From the NCBI GenBank assembly GCA_030295235.1, contig AP026134.1, forward strand, positions 806,001-870,000: a stretch of DNA of 64,000 bases, read 5' to 3'. Made by a program: the position numbers and the translations under genes. Source of the stretch: Fistulifera solaris. Taxonomy: Eukaryota. Below the pieces are notes generated by a model that made no database searches, had not been told where the DNA came from, and saw only the letters and a list, made by a program, of their open reading frames with translations. Shown one piece after another: positions 59,948-64,000 of the stretch. How positions within the stretch are numbered: position 1 is the first letter of the stretch; the number at the start of each line of letters is the position of its first letter.

Positions 59948-61057
59948 ATGGATAAATTTCTGGATCGATTCAAGCCGAAACAGAATAAGTCAAACAATGG
60001 AAATTTGCTCGGAAGTTTGTTTGGCGGAAATAATACATTCGCGGGCCAAGGCTATTCACTCGGTGGGAGCCACGGCGGTGAAATTATTTCTATAGAGCTT
60101 TCTGACGCCGGTCCCCTGGGAATCAAGATAGAGAAAAGACCGAACGCTGCGGCGATTGTTAACATGGTTGTTGAAGGTAGTCAAGCGGAAAAAGCAGGTA
60201 TACAACGAGGGGACGTTTTGTGTTTTGCCGGAACTGCCGGAAAGGAAGAAATTATGTACGATGAATTTCTGAGTCTAGCCAGATCATGCGAACGCCCTCT
60301 TGCTTTCGAGGTGAGAAGAATTAAAACAAAACGTGCCCCGAAAGATAATGAGCAGATGTCGGCAGACTCGTATGCCAGAAAGCAAGCGATGATTGCTGCC
60401 GCGGAAGCAAGAGAGAAAGCACACAAAAAGATGATGAAACCGATTCGGAAAATTGACAGCAAGGTGTCGGAAGCATCGTCGACAATAGCCAACGACATTC
60501 AGCGACCTTTATCCGAAGAGGCAAAACAGGCGATAGCAGCTGCAAAGTCGCAAGAAGAGAAATTAGCAGCCGAATTAGGGTACAATCCCTATGAAACAAA
60601 CAAAATGAATGCAGGACAAGCCCGAAACGCTACTGTTGCTCTGAATCATGGCTCAATGCATGCAAAAGAAAGCGACGAGCCATCACAAACTCCTCTTGTA
60701 TCTACAAACAGACCGTCTGAGCAGTTTCAGCAAGCTTTCGAATCAGTCGTTACCGGGAACGATCACGCAAACGTCGTCAAGAGTTTTGTTATATTGAAAA
60801 AGCTTATTGTCAATGCAACAACAAAAGGTCAGTTAGATAATGAGGATTCGAGTAAATTTCGCCGGATCCGTCTGGATAATCCAAAGATTAATGAGGCAGT
60901 GGTACAAACCGAGGGCGCTCTGGACTTGCTTTTGTCTGTTGACTTCCAGTTGGCCGAAGATGACGGGACATCATTGCTGGTGTATCCACCGGGAAACACT
61001 GGACCTGTCTGGCTCTTGCAGGCACTGGAACAGCTTGAGCAATATGCAAAGTCGTAG
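59948..61057 (+). CDS. PDZ + PUB domain protein with SHP-box and VIM-like p97-binding motifs (UBXN6-like)
   Basis: FAGQGYSLG; GPLGIKI...GSQAEKAGIQRGDVL (PDZ); KQAMIAAAEAR; ILKKLIVNA...KFRRIRLDNPKI...GALDLLLSVDF (PUB). Confidence 0.85.
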   Translation: MDKFLDRFKPKQNKSNNGNLLGSLFGGNNTFAGQGYSLGGSHGGEIISIELSDAGPLGIKIEKRPNAAAIVNMVVEGSQAEKAGIQRGDVLCFAGTAGKEEIMYDEFLSLARSCERPLAFEVRRIKTKRAPKDNEQMSADSYARKQAMIAAAEAREKAHKKMMKPIRKIDSKVSEASSTIANDIQRPLSEEAKQAIAAAKSQEEKLAAELGYNPYETNKMNAGQARNATVALNHGSMHAKESDEPSQTPLVSTNRPSEQFQQAFESVVTGNDHANVVKSFVILKKLIVNATTKGQLDNEDSSKFRRIRLDNPKINEAVVQTEGALDLLLSVDFQLAEDDGTSLLVYPPGNTGPVWLLQALEQLEQYAKS

Positions 61058-61201
61058 AGATGTGGGTGCATCGCAAACTTAAACGCTGTCTTACTTTACA
61101 TGTAGCTCTTGGATTTGAGTAGTGTAGCCTGGTCCACATATACAAAGATTAAAATTAATGAACGCTAATAAAAATTATATAAAGGCAACATCGAAGCTTC
61201 A

Positions 61202-62724
61202 CTAAACACCATCATCTCCCCAGTCATCACCCCAGTCATCCGTATCGTCGTCCTTGCTTCGTACTTTTTCAACTTTGGGAGAGTCGACTTTGACGCCAGT
61301 GGATATCGTATCAGGAGAAGTGGTTCGTACTGGACTTGTATCAGGACGTGCTTGTGCTCGAGCTGAATTCAGCTCAGCTTCCAGTTTATCGATTTCTCTC
61401 TTTGCATCGTTTAGTGCTGAAGACACCTCCTCTTTTTCTTGGTTTGCTTCATCTGCGCTTTCTATAGCTCTAGTGAGCTTCTCTTGCATTTGTGTAATTC
61501 TGGCCTCAACATCTGCGCTCGTCATTTGCAATGTTTCTTCGAGACCATTTTTCTCCATGGTCAACGATTGAATTTGATTCTGCAATTCGTGCAACTGAAT
61601 TTCGTTGTCGGGGCCGCCACCCTCCTGTAAATCTTTCACTTGGTTGAGTAAGTTTTTCTTTTCTTCCTGTAGTGCATGGACAACGTTTTGAGTTTCTTCG
61701 AGCTGCTTCGAAAGTTTCGACAAATCATCTAAATGACGTGACACTTCAGTCTCTTTCTCGCTGAGTGCGCTTCGCAACGCTTCAAGTTCCTTTTGTTGCT
61801 GGCTCACTTCTAACTGCGTTTGTAATAGCTCGTCCTTAAGCTCTTTCACGTCAACTGCCCCGTCAACCGCGTGCTGATCAACCGAGATATCAAGCTGGCC
61901 GAGTTTCAATGCTGCAAGTTCCGACTCTCGTTCAAAAAGCTGCATCTGGAGTCTCTTGATTTCCGATGACCCTTCGCTCGCGCAACGAAGCTCTAACAAC
62001 TGTTTCTTCTGCATCTGCACCGTTTGCTGCAATAAATCTCGTTCCTCCAGAGCTTGTTTCAACTCTTCCTTGAGTTTCTCTTTCTCTTCGTCTTTGAAAA
62101 CAACAACGTCTTCTTCCTCTTCCTCGTCGTCGTCATCCTCTTCATCGCCCCAGCCAAGCTCCTCGTTATCATCGCCATCTGATAGGGCAGTGTTCATTAC
62201 AAAAGGAGGACGAGAACCCGAGAAGAATGAACTCGATTTATTCCCATCCATTGCTTTGCCTTCGTCATCTTCGGCCAGTGTCTTCGAAACAGCTTTTACC
62301 GCGTCTCCTAGGAAGTGACCGATCGCATTCATAGGACCTTCTTCCTCAACGCTCGAATTCTGCCATTCGACCATGATTCTTTCCGGATCACAACGATAAA
62401 AGTATCGCTGCCAAAATTCTGCGTAGCCGACATGATCAGGTACCAATTCTTCCAAATAAGTCTTCAGCATATCGTGTTTCTCCAGATTCATGTTGATCTC
62501 GTCACTTTTTTCTTCTACATTAAAGGCATTCAAAAGTGCTCCACTTCGGCATCATCCTCGTTCAAAGGCGTTGAGTAGGTCTCTTCCAGTTTCAGACGTC
62601 GGAGAGCTTCTGCCTCCTCCTCGGAAAGATCAAAGTTCTCATCTATATTGTTCAAAGCAGCGGCGGCATCTTCAGTGACCGTACTCACGAACTCAGTTAA
62701 GTCTCTACGTAAAGCGCTCCACAT
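61202..62724 (-). CDS. BSD-domain protein with a long coiled coil (frameshift near 62533)
   Basis: MWSALRRDLTEFVSTV; ETYSTP; LKTYLEELVPDHVGYAEFWQRYFYR; coiled coil; DDWGDDW tail. Confidence 0.88.
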
Positions 62725-63366
62725 TGTCGCGGACTTTCTCGTTACAAGAGAAATAATACAAAACGAGTCAGATGGTTCGTTCTAAAACCCCTCAAGGCGA
62801 TATGAATAAAACACGGATAACTTTTGTCACGGACAGCGAGACCGAAACACACTATCTGGTTCACTGATTCCTTAAAGAATGAGCTGACGGAAACGCTTCT
62901 CGTAGATAGAATTGCTAGTTGTTGACATCAAACGAGGAATAAATAACAAAGGGGGCGGATAGGACCAAGCGTTTATCCGCGACGCCTCGAACTCGAACTG
63001 GAACTTCGAATTCGTTTACGTACGGCCGTCGTACGTCCGCTGTGAGAAGGTCGCTTACTTTTTTGCCTCTTGTACAGTCAGAGGTTGTTGTCTACATAAG
63101 GCCTCATGATTCCGGTGTACTCTACGCTCTAGTGAGTGATTCAAATTAGATGTGGCATCAAAGGTTGTTTTAATTTTATACATCGGGAATACGATTTTCG
63201 ATTTTTCTTGTTAGGATGTTTCTGAAGCCAACGGTCCTGGATAATTCTTCATCCCAGCATTCACTTGATCGAAACAAAAATCCCTCCATGTAATGCTCAC
63301 GACATCACCATAACGTTTATTTAAAAGATCATTGTGCCTTCATCAACCATTTACAACCGTCTCTTA

Positions 63367-64000
63367 ATGTGTCGGTTAACTAGACGGGGAGTCGTCGCAG
63401 CAATTCTGCTACTATGCGCTGCGCAAACATTTGCCAGAAAATCCTCCACACGGCGGCTACCTAATGTTTATGGTTTCGAGAAGAAAGATCGAGGATCGCG
63501 AAAAGAAACGATTCTCTTGCAATATGACGAAACAGGGGATACATCGTCTTCAGAGCAAGCATTCACACAGACAGAGCTAGGTGTCGACTGCATAAGACGT
63601 CATGGAGGTAACGGAAAGGGTGACGGCAAACGTAATAGCAAGTCGAAGAAAAGCAAAAGCAGCACATATTTGTGCTCAGAGATCGGTGAAATTCAAGGTG
63701 AAGAAAGTGCCCCTGTTACCGTCTCGACTTCATCTCCCGTACTTGCTCCAATATCCGTCCCAAGTTCTGCTATTGCTGACCTTCCAACTGCTGAAATCAG
63801 CCCAACTACCGTGTCGACTGCTCCATCAATAACCGTTCAGGTCGCCTTTACGAATCTACCCACAAATCCACCTTCATCTCTATCTCCAAGTGCAGCGATC
63901 AGTGTCTCACCAAGTAAAGAGAACACATTCACAGAATCGGGGCAAATTGCCGTCGCAATTCCGAGTGCACAGCCTGTGGTGATGATGATTCCATCAGTGG
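63367..64000 (+). CDS. Secreted Ser/Thr/Pro-rich protein with an RRL site and Lys cluster (truncated by the window end)
   Basis: Open frame to the end of the window: MCRLTRRGVVAAILLLCAAQTFA-RKSSTRRL...GNGKGDGKRNSKSKKSKSS...SAPVTVSTSSPVLAP. Confidence 0.7.
   Translation, partial: MCRLTRRGVVAAILLLCAAQTFARKSSTRRLPNVYGFEKKDRGSRKETILLQYDETGDTSSSEQAFTQTELGVDCIRRHGGNGKGDGKRNSKSKKSKSSTYLCSEIGEIQGEESAPVTVSTSSPVLAPISVPSSAIADLPTAEISPTTVSTAPSITVQVAFTNLPTNPPSSLSPSAAISVSPSKENTFTESGQIAVAIPSAQPVVMMIPSV

Noticed and set aside
11820..62724. Apparent clustering of membrane-trafficking and ER genes (APH1, Vps39-like, BIG, LAG1, PIG-W, Sec61beta, BSD)
   Set aside because: They are interspersed with unrelated genes, the category is large in any eukaryote, and the sequence alone gives no evidence of a functional cluster.

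Overview
This is eukaryotic nuclear DNA from a diatom, probably a pennate. Evidence: Psb31, bipartite signal+AF plastid presequences, a DUF6824 protein, and compact genes with short GT-AG introns. It holds about 32 protein-coding genes: NPRL3, Psb31, a SnoaL-like protein, APH-1, FLAP1/DUF1517, a Vps39/TGFBRAP1-like protein, plastid NFU, Sin3, a SPIRAL1-like protein, a Nepro/Rmp1-like protein, phenylalanine hydroxylase, NOP14, Tic22, a BIG-type Sec7 ARF-GEF, ceramide synthase, a GMC oxidoreductase, a His-phosphatase, PDK/BCKDK, PIG-W, a HAD_SAK protein, Sec61beta, a PDZ-PUB protein, a BSD protein and several orphan or secreted proteins. I found no rRNA, tRNA, CRISPR array or transposase. About half of the genes are split by single-base indels, mostly in homopolymers, which most likely reflects unpolished long-read consensus rather than biology. 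The best leads are: (1) a Vps39/Vps3-like tethering subunit whose C-terminus is a gamma-COP appendage-like domain, lying tail-to-tail with (2) a small myristoylation-signal protein that aligns without gaps to the complexin SNARE-binding helix; (3) a Rossmann methyltransferase-like domain fused to six AT-hooks encoded by a 105-bp tandem repeat; (4) a ~53-bp two-hairpin element present as direct-repeat pairs at two loci; (5) a strongly enriched promoter palindrome, TACC(W)GGTA. All family calls come from motif recognition by eye; no database searches were run.
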